Of a stretch of 64,000 nucleotides of DNA, positions 1 through 13,731 are shown one piece after another; the first letter of the stretch is position 1; every line of letters starts with the position of its first letter. Source of the stretch: Eledone cirrhosa (Eukaryota); NCBI GenBank assembly GCA_964016885.1, contig OZ024742.1:2232001-2296000 (forward strand), given 5' to 3'. A model generated the notes under the pieces. It saw only the letters and a list, made by a program, of their open reading frames with translations. It was not told where the DNA came from and did not search any database. Both the position numbers and the translations under genes were made by a program.

Positions 1-464
1 ACACATATTTGTCTTAAAATACTTATTTTTCAGTGACTTCTCAATCAGGCGAAAAACGACTCTTCGACAAACCTACATTTGGCGCAAAATCAATTTTTAA
101 CATTCACGTGACCTCTACCGACCAATCAAAATTGTTTTGACCACAAAAATGTTTGCAACACGAATTGGCGCGAAACTTATTTTAATACCTCTGGAGCCAC
201 TTTTTTCCACATGAAACAGGTAGAATTTCCAAAACTGATCAGATTAGAGCAAACATCACGGGCGCTCTATCTCAAAATTATTTTTGAAAAGCATTAGAAA
301 TGCGCAACCGGTAAAAACTTAAAACCAAAACTGAATACTAACCAATACTATTACTAATTTTTGCTTATTCCTAATTAAACTATTTTTCACTGGGAACAAT
401 TTGTCAGCATTTTCTTTTCCTTTTACCAATATATCACAACTCGTGTGTTACACCTCTATTCTTT

Positions 465-470
<6 letters not shown>
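1..470 (+). mobile_element. (TA)n-abutting PLE pLTR-like fragment (family A)
   Basis: 265-432 is closely similar to 41865-42040. Contains a hammerhead-like variant motif at 281-317 and ends at a (TA)n tract. Confidence 0.6.
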
Positions 471-538
<68 letters not shown>

Positions 539-647
539 GTGTGTGTATATATATATATTATTATTATTATACTCTGCTCCGAAGGAGCATAGTGCTCAAC
601 TGTAATACCGCCTATGGACGCATCCAAGCAACCTTGCTACAAATATA

Positions 648-710
648 TAGTCCAGAAATAGCCGCCGAAACGGCTTGAGCTCTGCCGACGGGGTCATACT
701 TTTTCCTATA
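648..710. mobile_element. Terminus of TA-embedded element family B
   Basis: CCAGAAATAGCCG.CGAAACGGCTTGAGCTCTGCCG.CGGGGTCATACTTTTTCCTATA recurs at ~4730, ~9448 and ~61367, always ending in TA repeats. Confidence 0.75.
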
Positions 711-808
711 TACAAATATATATATATGGTGATTCAGTAGATTTGTGGTTTACTGAAGAAGGTACCAATATTAGCAATCTATTCTACAACAGATTGTATA
801 CACATCCA

Positions 809-846
<38 letters not shown>

Positions 847-1380
847 TGTATATATATATATGTGTGTGTGTGTGCGTGTTTATTAATTCCGGACACATCT
901 GTACAGCCAGCGAATTCAACTCACGATCTTATGAACGTGAGTACAACAATCTAAACAATAAGCCACATCCCTTCCTTAGCAACAAATGGTTGTCTAGCAA
1001 CAAGTGTACCATTGATCATTCCAGTAGGTTCTATCTTATAAAAGCATAGTATCATCACCAGGTACGGTACAGGAAGCGGCTCATCAAAGACACCTGCAAT
1101 GAATCTAGTTTTATCTAATTTAATATATTTAGTTTTCTGTTACTAAATATAAACATACATACATAAAATCATATATATAAATATATACATACATGTAAAT
1201 ATGCATACATACTTAAAAGCATACACATAAATATATACACATATGTAGATATAATACATAAAATCAAACACATAAATATATGCATACATGTAGATATATA
1301 TACATACATAGTTGAGTGAGGTATTGATTACATATTATCACTCTTGCAATCCAGTATAGATGTATGTAAATATATATATA

Positions 1381-1418
<38 letters not shown>

Positions 1419-1422
1419 TAAA

Positions 1423-1465
<43 letters not shown>

Positions 1466-1792
1466 GGATTGTATGTATGTATGTATGTATATATATATAT
1501 ATGTCAGGTCACCACTTGGTGCTACTGGTAACATGTATTCCAGTACAACCTGTCTCATGGTCGGGTCGTTGGCGACTAAACTGGCAACCCCACCAAGGTT
1601 TCTTGGTGAGGAGGGTGACTTTGGATATATATATATATATATATACATACATACAATCCGTTTTGTTCCTATTTACGGGATCTCTAAACCACCATTCTGT
1701 AATCTTTTGCTAAACATTTCTGTGAGATTCAAGGAATATTTCACTGCTATTTCTAGAACTGTTGGATCCGGCATAACAAACGACATAAGATA

Positions 1793-2045
1793 TCTTCTTC
1801 TTCTTCTTCTTCTTCTTCTTCTTGAGAGGGTCGTGGGGGCAGAGTCCTCAAACACACCTTCCAGCGTGACCTCTCAGAAGCAATCAACTCCAACTGATCC
1901 GGCCGGATCCCTAAACGAGACCAGCCGAGGTCATGGATATTATCCAACCATCTTGCTCGGGGTATCCCCTTGGGTATCCCCCCACCGGTCTGTCCAGTAA
2001 AATCTGTCCAATAAGATCTGTCTAGCAATTCTTTCCTCTATCAAA
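1793..2045 (-). mobile_element. RTE-clade LINE 3' end with (GAA)n tail
   Basis: Minus-strand translation G.PRARWLDNI...ASERSRWK resembles the RTE C-terminus. (CTT)n lies at 1794-1823. Confidence 0.65.
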
Positions 2046-2173
2046 TTCCTGTATCAGAAATAAAATACATAGAATTATACAATAAAATGCATCCTGCTTA
2101 TACAGGTTTTCTAATTTATATATAATTAGTCTTTTATTGTCTTTTTATGTTATATTTCGGTTTACTGCTGTAT

Positions 2174-2204
<31 letters not shown>

Positions 2205-2329
2205 CTACATACCTGGGGTTAATGAGACTACCCAAAGGTCCGTTGAACTTTTGTGTCAAACCCAATATTTCTATTAAAAAAAAACGAATATACATAAAAC
2301 AATTCAACAAAATACAACTTGCTTATTCA

Positions 2330-2470
2330 GTTTTCGGGTCTAAAATTAGTTTTACTGTCTATTTATACAGGTTTCGGGTCTACAATTAGTTTTACTGTCT
2401 ATTTATACAGGTTGCGGGTTTACAATTAGTTTTACTGTCCTACGGGCTTACCTACAATTAATTTTATTGT
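2330..2470. repeat. ~40-bp tandem repeat, about 3 copies
   Basis: GTTTCGGGTCTACAATTAGTTTTACTGTCTATTTATACAG is repeated. Confidence 0.8.
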
Positions 2471-3248
2471 TTATCTACTTTATATCTTTTAAAAGGATTT
2501 ATCTATTTAGATATTCATTTTTTACATGTTTGGGGCTGGAATGTCGAAGGAAAGTTGGTGATCCCTAATCAAGGGACAAGCAACATCACATATAAACCCC
2601 TAACAAAGATAGATTGCTGCAGTAATCGTCTACAGATACCACAACATTTGTAGATAAGAGGAGGACAGACCGATACCAGGTTCCACAGTGTAGGAAGACC
2701 AGTTCCTAATTTAGTAACAGAAATGTTATTGATGAGGGTTTTAAGTTGACATTTCCGTTTATTACCCCGCATGTAATGTTGTTATATGTTTATACACACC
2801 CACACACACACCCACACACATATAAATATATAAAATTTAAACAATCTTTCAAAATAAATAAAAAAAATATTTACCCATCGATATTGCTTTTACCGACGGT
2901 TTCGCCTCACAAAAGATTAGAAATCTGAGGGACTTCCAATGGAAAGTTCAGCTTATCAGAAAGCATTTTCCCTTACATAGGACATAAAGTCCCACAGCCG
3001 GCAAATATATTGCCTTCAGCCAGCTAGTGCGAGATCGAATGGGACCGTAAACGTGACCTACACGTGAACTGGTCGTTAGTAGAAGTGGGAGTAGCATAGA
3101 CGTGTTGTCTGCCACACCACTAAAAATAGCAACTAGGTAAACAACGGATTTTTCTCTACACATGGGAGAATTTATATAAAATGAGATTAATATCGCCACA
3201 GGCACTAAGTACCTTCAGCAATATATAGGGTGTCTATGATACAGTTGT

Positions 3249-3306
<58 letters not shown>

Positions 3307-3353
3307 CACACACATATATATATATATATACATATATACATATATACATACAG

Positions 3354-3398
<45 letters not shown>

Positions 3399-3413
3399 CA
3401 TATATACATATAT

Positions 3414-3586
<173 letters not shown>

Positions 3587-3886
3587 AAAAGGGAGAGAGG
3601 GAGAACAAATTTAAAGAAACATGCAACCACCACAAAGAAATCTTCACACGCACAATACCCCACCCCCATATACATACATGTGTGTGTGAGTGTATATATA
3701 CATGTGTGTGTGAGTGTATATATAAATACACAGGTGTATATAATGTGGTGATCACGGTGCCGGCCGGGTAGGTAATGTTTACCTTATATAATCACGTAAG
3801 TATGTAGGATTTATTTATTCTTTTTACTTAACTCTCCCCCCTCTCTCTCTACTTTCACTATATCACTTTTATTTATCTTCTCTCCC

Positions 3887-3917
<31 letters not shown>

Positions 3918-4116
3918 ATTCTACCTTTCTCTTTTTCACCCCTCCTCTCTCACCCCCAAATATCTCGCCTCTCCTCTCTATCACATCCTCTATCCCATCT
4001 CTCTCTCACCCCCCCCCTGTATCTCCCCCCCCTCACTCTCTCACCCCCTCTCTCTCATCTCCTCTCTCTAACCCCCTCTCTGTAACCCTACTCTCTCACC
4101 TCCTCCCCCTACACAT

Positions 4117-4200
4117 CTGCAATCCTGAGGTTGTGAGTTCGATTCCCAGACCGGTTGATGTTTTATGTCCTTGAGCAAGACATTCTATTTCACGTTGTTT
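4117..4200 (+). mobile_element. CORE-type tRNA SINE fragment
   Basis: B-box GAGTTCGATTCCC followed by TGTCCTTGAGCAAGACA...TTTCACGTTG, as in the copy at 30140. Confidence 0.7.
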
Positions 4201-4212
4201 TCTCTCTGCTAG

Positions 4213-4305
4213 GACTTACGACTAGTAGACAGTACCAGCAATGGAAATACCAATGGAAACATTGTTTCCTCGGTCCGATTTTGAGTTCCCATCTCATCCC
4301 ACTTG
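4213..4305 (+). other. Candidate upstream exon (93 nt, phase 1-1) of the ankyrin gene
   Basis: Acceptor ttttctctctgctag, donor TTG|gtaagt. An open frame (LTTSRQYQQW...LIPL) joins in phase to the 10122 exon. No homology support. Confidence 0.3.
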
Positions 4306-4464
4306 GTAAGTGAGTAACGTCTCGGATCTAATCGATCAATTCAATCGATAGTGTGTTTGACCTTTAACGTTTGTTATAGCTCTGGTTCATCTGAATCATT
4401 GAGCACTTGCCACACATCTCGGAGGTTGTTTTTCGTTATTTCGTCGGCCGAAATGCGATTCTCG

Positions 4465-4820
<356 letters not shown>

Positions 4821-4839
4821 TATATATATATTTATACAA

Positions 4840-5110
4840 TATATTGATAAATGGAAACTATATTTATAAAACCATATTTATTTTATTATACATATTTCAA
4901 GGGCAACCAAGGCAAATTATGGTGTGCTTTCATCAGATAAAATACAGATTTGTTTTATAAATAAATATTGACATACCCGGAAAAAAGACAATCTTAACGG
5001 TTGGAGCTTCCTGGATATATCAGAGCTTCCTGGATATATTAGAGCTTCCTGATATATCAGTTATAAACATTTTTAAGCTTGTTGAATCCCAACAAATTAA
5101 ATATAACCTC

Positions 5111-5148
<38 letters not shown>

Positions 5149-5560
5149 ATTAATAAATGGAAACTATATTTATAAAACCATATTTATTCTATTATATATA
5201 TTTAAAGGGTTCTAAAACATTGGTACGCTCTCATCAGATAAAATACAAAGCTTGTTTTATAAATATTGCCATATCCAGGAACGATACCTTAACGGTTCAA
5301 GTTTTACCTGGATAGGTAAAACTTGAACCGTTAAGGTCTCATTCCTGGATATGTCAATATTTATAAAACAAGCTTTGTATTTTATCTGATAAAGTTTTGG
5401 TACCCTTGAAATATATATAATAAAATAAATATGGTTTTATAAATATAGTTTCCATTTATTAATATCATTGATATTATACTCCTGAAAAAACCGTCGAGTG
5501 CTTCGAATCTGTTATAAATATATATATTTGTTGAATTACCAACAAATTAAATATCCCTTT
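4840..5560. mobile_element. Two family C PLE pLTR insertions; 5146-5467 is a fold-back
   Basis: Arms ~5146-5309 and ~5314-5466. Homologous to 18168-18360 and 42135-42567. Carries degenerate hammerhead cores (TTTTAT CTGATGA...GAAA TATATA TA ATAAAA pattern). Confidence 0.75.
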
Positions 5561-5620
5561 ATATATATATATATATATAGTATTAAGGTAGGTCATATAT
5601 GTGATCATTCATTAATAAAT

Positions 5621-5666
5621 TACTCCGAAGATCCAAACCTCGATTTGGAGGAAACAATTGTAAGCA
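5621..5666 (+). ncRNA. Degenerate or variant minimal hammerhead ribozyme
   Basis: CCGAAGA, stem II TCCAAA/TTTGGA, GAAA, palindromic CAATTG, TA. U4C change and weak stem I. Confidence 0.5.
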
Positions 5667-5723
5667 TATAAATGATTTGAACAGAACTTTGATTCTTATA
5701 ACTTATATATATATATATATATA

Positions 5724-6225
5724 CTTTACTTTGATAGGTTTCGGCCAGTATTGGCCCAGGCCATGTCTAACTTAATAGCACCACCTGGCGAAGTCTTACA
5801 AATCAGTGTTTGGGCACCATGGCCCACTCGAGCAGAGAGTTATTATTTACGGAGGCATATCCGGGCGTAGGAGGCTTATCCGGGATTTCTTGAAGGAATT
5901 TATCCAAAGACTTCTTGAACTTGATGGGGCCTATCTTTGCTTTGATGTGTTTTGGTGTAATGTTAAAGAGTGCAGGGCCAATTGAGGTGAAATAATTGTG
6001 TCGTATTGTTGTTATGTGATGTGAGTGGGATTTTTGTCGTGGGCGGATAACACGGGGCCCAAGCCTTGGGTGTACACTAAAGGTGATTCCAACATCATTT
6101 GGGCTAAGCTGATGGAATATTTTCCACATCATACAGATAATGTAGCGCTCACGGCGATGTTGAAGAGAATAAAGTTTGAGCTTTTCTAATCGACCCCAAT
6201 AGTCAAGGCCTGTCATGCCATCTAT

Positions 6226-6228
<3 letters not shown>
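5724..6228 (-). mobile_element. CR1-group LINE 3' fragment
   Basis: Translation LDYWGRLEKLKLYSLQHRRERY...FKKSLDKFLQEIPD. A second short copy lies at 37570-37672 (+). Confidence 0.85.
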
Positions 6229-6288
<60 letters not shown>

Positions 6289-6323
6289 ATACTTTGGGAG
6301 GGTCATGTTGCCAATAATATATA

Positions 6324-6808
6324 TAAACGGAAAAAATGAAACGAAATTTCATTTCCCACACTTAGTACGGCTGTTACTTAAATATAAATATGTACACGTA
6401 CATACATATATGTATACAGACGTACAGTAGTATTATATATATATACATACATGCACACATATATATATGTACGTATGGATTCACCGAACATTTATTATAA
6501 TGCTCGCTGTTAATATGCATAAGGTAAGTATATACGTTCAACAATCTGGCAGGAAGGTATACATTGCTGACGATAGCTAATAAGCTTGAAACTAGTACAG
6601 CGTTCCTTTGTCAGTGTTGAACAAACGAGCAACGGTGGTTGCTAGACACTACGGCTTAATACGGGATGTTTGTTTACAAACACACCGAGCATTATAATAA
6701 ATGTTCGGTGAATCCATACGTACATATATATATGTGTGCATGTATGTATATATATATACATACTACTGTACGTCTGTATACATATATGTATGTACGTGTA
6801 CATACTTA

Positions 6809-6810
<2 letters not shown>
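6324..6810. mobile_element. Family D PLE pLTR fold-back
   Basis: Inverted arms ~6385-6505 and ~6687-6810, with a hammerhead in the spacer. Same family as 20580-21310. Confidence 0.8.
6562..6602 (+). ncRNA. Minimal type-I hammerhead ribozyme
   Basis: CATTG CTGACGA T AGCT aata AGCT T GAAA CTAG TA CAGCG. One stem I mismatch relative to the 20838 copy. Confidence 0.8.
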
Positions 6811-6852
<42 letters not shown>

Positions 6853-7280
6853 TTATTAAAATAACAGATTAAAGTTTAAGCAAAGAATCGCTGCTTTCAC
6901 CCTTAACAGGATCTTCCGAAACTAACAAAGTCAATCTGTAAACGCAGAAGCGGATATTTCAAAAAACGCCGCAACCGGAGGAAGACAGGAAGACGATACT
7001 TTGGTTCGTGGTAACGCTCGTCAGCTCCCACATCAAGACGTAAAATATCCACGTATAAATCGTACTATCCGTTAGGGTATAACGTGGGCTGTAATACAGG
7101 AAAGTTTTATGCAATTTATGTTTACAAGCCGAAATTGCCTCAGATTTTTTGTTTAAGATGTGGTCTGTGGCGTAGAGTATTTCCAGGGCATCAGCGGCGC
7201 AGAGGTCACATGGTCTTTTATTTCTGTTATACGATCTTATCGAGCCCTCTTTGGATTTTAGTCTTCAAATTTATTATTAT

Positions 7281-7442
<162 letters not shown>

Positions 7443-7503
7443 ATTAACACTTAACATCTAATATTCTACCATACTATTTCATTATAATATCATTATAATT
7501 TTA

Positions 7504-7686
7504 GTGAATTGGCAGTATCGGTAGAGGGTCGGACGCCATGCTTTGACGCATAGAGTTACGGCCCTTGCCATTCTGATTTCAAATCCCGTGGAGGTTAACT
7601 TTACCTTTCATCGTTACGGCGTCGATAAAATAAAGTACCAGTAATGCACTGGATAATTGCTGGCCTTGTGCCGAAAGAAGAAACAA
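7504..7686 (+). mobile_element. tRNA-derived SINE (family S1)
   Basis: A/B-box-like head and central CCTTTCATC....GTCGATAAAATAAAGTACCAG. 12-bp TSD ATTATAATTTTA. Confidence 0.9.
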
Positions 7687-7827
7687 TTATAATTTTAAAG
7701 CATTGGAAATAAAACGAGTAAATCAGACAAGGTTGGAATTTATTTTATTAATATATACATATATATACGGACACATATTTCTCACTACACCAGACACACG
7801 CTCTCTTCTCTCTCTCTTCTCTCTCTC

Positions 7828-7858
<31 letters not shown>

Positions 7859-8269
7859 CTCTCTCTCTCTCTTCTTTCTCCCTCGGTCTTCCTTCCTCTC
7901 TCTAACGGAATTCATTCTCCCGCCTGTCATTTGTAATTCGTGTTCAAAATACTCTATATCTCTCATGCCCACATTCCCCGTTTCTCACCCACATCACATT
8001 TTCTACTCCCTCTACCCCACCACCCTCTCTACCCCCATCTTTTTCTCCTCTCACTCTCTCTCTTTCAAATCTCTCACAGTCTACTACCATGTTAGTCATA
8101 AAACCACTCTCCTACTCGTCCACCTGCCCACCCCGCTACACACACATTACGTACAAGAACATCGCCTTTTACAACGTGACAGTTTACCTGGAATATTTCA
8201 AAGCTAATTTTAATTACAGGTAAATAAACAAAGAGAATACTAATTGCAATAACATTGTTCAGACCTACA

Positions 8270-8440
8270 CACCTGGACAACAGACACAGGCGTCTTTTAA
8301 TTCTCACCTGGACAACAGACACAGACGTCTTTTAATTCTCACCTGGACAACAGTCACAGACGTCTTTTAATACTCACCTGGACAACAGCGACAGACGTCT
8401 TTTAATTCTCACCTGGACAACAGACACAGACGTCTTTTAA
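8270..8440. repeat. 35-bp tandem repeat, about 5 copies
   Basis: Unit CTCACCTGGACAACAGACACAGACGTCTTTTAATT. Confidence 0.9.
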
Positions 8441-8522
8441 GTTAGTTTCATCTATTTCTTCAAATTATTATTATTTATTATTATTATTATTATTTCCATG
8501 CTTTTTGAAAATTCGGTCCTAG

Positions 8523-8661
<139 letters not shown>

Positions 8662-8676
8662 GTATATGTGTGTATG

Positions 8677-8707
<31 letters not shown>

Positions 8708-8742
8708 ATGTATATATATATGAATATGTATACATCATGTGA

Positions 8743-8809
<67 letters not shown>

Positions 8810-9294
8810 AGATAGATCTACCAAAATATACGGTAGTGTCCAATCTGTATGAAGAACTCAATGTAATCCAAATATCATGAAAAAAGTAGATGCATTCAAA
8901 AATTTACGATAAAAGTCATAGGAAAACAGAGTCAAGATAAATTAATAAAAACAATGAAATAAAAACAAAGAACAAGTTCCTTATATTAAAAAATTCATCA
9001 TTTTACGATCGTTTCTAGGATGTATATGTGTGTTGGTATGTATATCATATAGATCTATGTAAAAATATTACAAATTATCAGAGGAAATATACATACCTTT
9101 ACATATACATACTGTTTTCTGAAGAGAGCATGTATATGTAAAGGTATGTATATTTCCTCTGATAATTTGTAATATCTTTACATAGATTTATATGATATAC
9201 ATACCAACACACATATACATCCTAGAAACGATCGTAAAATGATGAATTTTTTAATATAAGGAACTTGTTCTTTGTTTTTATTTCATTGTTTTTA

Positions 9295-9300
<6 letters not shown>
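8810..9300. mobile_element. Fold-back element between microsatellites (family E)
   Basis: Near-perfect inverted arms ~8940-9110 and ~9130-9300, with a ~130-nt extension on the left arm. Confidence 0.8.
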
Positions 9301-9390
<90 letters not shown>

Positions 9391-9392
9391 AT

Positions 9393-9505
9393 ATAACGAA
9401 GGACGTGCGGTCAGGTGGTAAGGAACCAGATGGACCAGAAATAGAGTTCAGAAATAGCCGTCGAAACGGCTTGAGCTCTGCCGCCGGGGTCTAACATTTT
9501 CCAAT
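9393..9505. mobile_element. Family B element, two termini joined
   Basis: Begins TAACGAAGGA..GTGGTAAGGAACCAGATGGACC and ends with the AGAAATAGCCG...TTTTCC terminus. Confidence 0.75.
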
Positions 9506-9524
9506 ATATATATATATATATATA

Positions 9525-9972
9525 TATTGTTATACTTGGGGAGGGTCATATTTGTGTAATATTGCCAGAATTAATAACAGAACACACTCACTGTTTGGTT
9601 GGTTTTCGCTTTTCGCTTCTGTGTCTTTTATATCGGTTAATTTAATTTATTCGGTCCTCAATGTTGCCATTGACTGACGATGTTGCAGATGTGCAACGAA
9701 AGAACTTTGATAGAGTATATATATGTGTTTGTGTCTATATTGTATCTGTATTTTTGACCGTTGGTCAGTCAATGGCAACATTGAGGACAGAATAAATTAA
9801 ATTAACCGATATAAAAGACACAGAAGCGAAAAGCGAAAACCAACCAAACAGTGAGTGTGTTCTGTTATTAATTCTGGCAATATTACACAAATATGACCTT
9901 CCCCAAGTATAACAATATTTGTTTCGACACGCGATTTCATATCAAAAACCTCGCAAAACTAATTCATCGCCG

Positions 9973-9976
<4 letters not shown>
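9525..9976. mobile_element. Fold-back element (family F) with a hammerhead-like motif
   Basis: Arms ~9525-9678 and ~9764-9917. CTGACGA-GTTGCA/TGCAAC-GAAA at ~9674-9712. The same terminus occurs at 6283-6305. Confidence 0.75.
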
Positions 9977-10016
<40 letters not shown>

Positions 10017-10121
10017 CTCACACCTCTCATAGTCCAATTCTCACTCTAAAAGACAAACAAACCAAACAAAAAATACCCGAAACAAAAGAATCGCTCACCA
10101 TATATGGTTTGATTTCCACAG

Positions 10122-10288
10122 ATATGTCGATAATACTGGCAAATGAGACCTCTTCGGATAATTTATTCAATCCAACCTGTTTTCCGAAGACAGACCTCTC
10201 TGAAACTAAACCACAGGGAGATTCATCCTCAGACGATGGAAATGATTTATCGAATGACCAGCAGGAACGTTTCCTAATGTACCTCCAG
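10122..10288 (+). CDS. Probable coding exon of the ankyrin-repeat gene (ATG at 10124)
   Basis: Acceptor tttccacag, donor CAG|gtaagt. Open frame MSIILANE...RFLMYLQ ends in phase 0, matching the next exon. No recognisable domain. Confidence 0.55.
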
Positions 10289-10441
10289 GTAAGTGATGAC
10301 ACATCCTAATATATTTATTTCTTTGATTTTGAAGTTTTTATCAGTTTCAGTCATTTGACTACGGCTAAGCTGGAGCATAGTCATGAGGGAATCGAGTTGA
10401 CTCCAGTATATTTTTTGGTAAACGCTTTATGTAGCAAGATC

Positions 10442-10488
<47 letters not shown>

Positions 10489-10586
10489 GTCTGCCTGTCT
10501 GTCAACCTAGCTATCTATTTCTCGCTATTTGTCTATCTATATCTATATCTATAACTATCTACCTATCTATCCATCTATCTATGTAA

Positions 10587-12030
10587 GGTGTCATCGGACG
10601 CTGGACGGAAGGACCGGTAAAGCTGATCGGGGTCTGGTTTGGTCCGGACCTCCAGGTGGAGAAGAACTGGAACGAGGTGACGGCCAAGGTGTTTGCGCTC
10701 ACCCAGAAGTGGGCCGAGTGCAAACTATCCTTGAAAGGTCGAACGGAGGTGGCGAACACTTTTATAGCGTCCCTCATCTACTACCGCTTGACCGTCGTGC
10801 CTTGTCCAGCCAAAACGCTCACCAAAATGGAGCGGGCGCTTTTCCAATTCATTTGGAAAAAACAGGCTCCTTTGGTGAGAAGATCCATCTGCTGCCAACA
10901 CCCTTCAAACGGAGGGCTGGGGATGCCGTGTCTGACGATGCGAAAACACGCGCTCAGACTGCGGCACCTCCACGTATTCCTCACCAGACAACCGGTGTGG
11001 GCCCCGTTCGTGAGGCGAGTATTCCTATGACTCGTCTCGCTGACCGAGCTGCAGTCCTGGGTCAAGCAAAGACCGAGGAAAATGGGCGACTGGCACATCG
11101 AATGTGCTCAGGCGCTCACAGTCCTCTGGCAAACGGACCCGGCGATCAGTGGAGACTCCACTTCGACAATCTATAGAGGGTTGGTCCGACGAAACGCTCG
11201 GAGAAACTCTAGGCGTAGAGGAGGACGAACTGGCCAAGTCTGTTCGGTAGGACCTTCCGCCCGGGACCAATGGACAACTTCCCAAAATCCCTGGCCTGGC
11301 AGTGCTACCGAGGAGCTCTACCAGTTCGAGACAAGCTCTACAGACACGGGTGCCCGAGCAGGAACCCTTCGAAAAAGATCTGTCCGAGATGCGTGCGCGA
11401 CGAGGAAACCGTCGCACACGCATTTGTACACTTCCCGGGCGTTACCGGCCTGTGGGGCTATGTAGAACGATTATTGTCGCGGGTGGGACCAATCCAGTTG
11501 ACCACCGAGTCCGTTCTCATGATCAAACCGCCACCCTCCTTCAAAAACGAGGGAGAGGCGGTTTTCCTATGCGTTATGGCTATGGTGAAAGAGGTTATAT
11601 GGTGGACGAGGTTAAACGGGCTGAGGTCAGACACCTTTCTCTCCGACGAGCAACTGATTCGTTTTTTCAAATATCATTTTGGAAGAAGAATCAGGATGGA
11701 GAGAGAGTGTTGTACCCCAGCAAATTTTATAAAAGGCGGGTGAATGTGGCAAAGATGGCCCGAGTGGTTGGGCCTTCTCTCTATATAAGCCTGTAGGTTT
11801 AGGAAAAAGAGGAAGAGAGGAAGGGAGTACTCACTCTTGATGCTCCTGGAGATGAGGGTTGTCCATTTTCTCGGGGTGTGGCAACCCCTGTGTAACACCT
11901 CTCCCCTGTTGGGGATTTCAATTGTTATTTGTTATTGTATTAATAGTTTTATTTTCGTATACCTGTATGTAAACTCCCCATTTTGTATTTGTCCCCTTCT
12001 TTTGTGCCGTTGTGGCTAATAAAGAAATTT
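10587..12030 (+). mobile_element. Tx1/L1-clade LINE, 5'-truncated and frameshifted
   Basis: KLSLKGRTEVAN, GGLGMP and a zf-RVT CPRC...ETVAHAF motif. AATAAA at the 3' end; (CTAT)n on the 5' flank. Confidence 0.9.
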
Positions 12031-12159
12031 ATCTATATATATATATATATATATAAAAGTTTACACACATATATATATATACATACATACATATACGTGT
12101 TTTGCAACGGGTCACTTTGTGGCTTAATGAAAATTTAATAAATTAAATAATCAGAGCTA

Positions 12160-12474
12160 TATATCATAAAACATGTCTATAATGCGGACGAAACCATGGT
12201 AGAGGTATTTAAATGTATTCTATTTTCTCCTAGTTTATTTTACACCTAATTCTGTTTAATTGACTGTATCTGGGCGATTACGCTGTCGAAATATTCGATA
12301 AATATTCCATTGCGGCCGACGCGAAGTGCTAGTTTCGGTTGTTTGTTGGAGATTTCTTCATAGAAGCCTTATTCTTATAGCCTGGTCTATTCGATTTTTT
12401 ATATAGTTAATTGTGCTAATTGGGAGAGAAAATGGTATATATTTTATCTGGTGATTCTATAGACATGTTTTATG

Positions 12475-12478
<4 letters not shown>
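12160..12478 (+). mobile_element. PLE pLTR-like fragment with a short inverted terminus
   Basis: ATCATAAAACATGTCTATA (~12162) is the reverse complement of the right end (~12458-12476). The 3' half of a hammerhead (GAAA CCATGG TA) lies at ~12190. Confidence 0.6.
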
Positions 12479-12572
<94 letters not shown>

Positions 12573-12634
12573 AAGAGAGATAGAGAGAGAAAGAAAAGAG
12601 AGAGAGAGAGAAAAAGAGAGAGAGAGAGAGAAAA

Positions 12635-12669
<35 letters not shown>

Positions 12670-12821
12670 TTGGTAAAATGACGGCCACTGTGCTGTGTTT
12701 TATCTCTGTCACCACAATCATTCGTGCAATCATTCGTTGAAGCGCAACTGTAGGTACAGTCAGCCGTCACCAATGGTCTCTATTCTCCATCATGTAGTAA
12801 ACTGTATCACATATATTGGTT

Positions 12822-12879
<58 letters not shown>

Positions 12880-12892
12880 AATAATAATAATA

Positions 12893-13667
12893 GACATGGA
12901 ACTGGTTAAAAAGAGGAGACTTTAAAAAAGCTACAGAAGGAATGCTAATGGCTGCACAAGAGCAAACCCTCAGAACGAAGTGGGTGAAACACCATATTTA
13001 CAAGGAGGAGGCTAGCCCACTGTGTAGGATCTGTGGAGAGAGAGAGAGGAGACTGTGGCTCACATTGTATCCGAGTGTAAACACCTAGCCCAGACTCACT
13101 ATAAAGGCTGGAGACATGTTGTGATAGGCAGGGTGACCCACTGGCACCTATGCAATTTACCACATTCTGAGAAGTGGTATGAGCATAAGCTAGAGTCGAT
13201 GATAGAAAACGATCAGGTGAAGGTGCTATGGGATTTTAGGATATAGACGGACAAGAAACTGGAACACAATAGGCTTGACCTGGTGGTTTGGGACAAGGAA
13301 AACAGATCGTGCCTGATTCTAGATGTAGCCTGCCCCGTTGACACGAGTGTGCAAGAAAAGGAGAGAGAGAAAATAAACCGATACCAGGATTTAAAGTGGG
13401 AGGTAAAAAGGATTTAGAACTGCCATGAAATCAAGGTCGTCCCGATTGTCATAGGAACACTGGGTACTATCTCAATGAGTTTTCAAAATGGTTAAAGAAG
13501 ATTAGTCCAGACCCGTTTATTGGAACACTTCAAAAGGCATGTTTGCTGGGAACAGCAAGAACCCTCCGATACGTCCTGAATATCTGAGGCTGCAGGTAGC
13601 GGCTTAATATTCATTTCAACAAACTTTCCAGTTCAATTACATCAATGACTGAGACTCAAAGAACAAC

Positions 13668-13730
<63 letters not shown>
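12893..13730 (+). mobile_element. R4/Dong-like RLE non-LTR retrotransposon 3' fragment
   Basis: AAQEQTLRT, CRIC...ETVAHIVSEC zinc knuckle, LWDF, HNRLDLVV, DVACP, EKINRYQDL. Flanked by (TAA)n on both sides. Confidence 0.88.
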
Positions 13731-13731
<1 letters not shown>

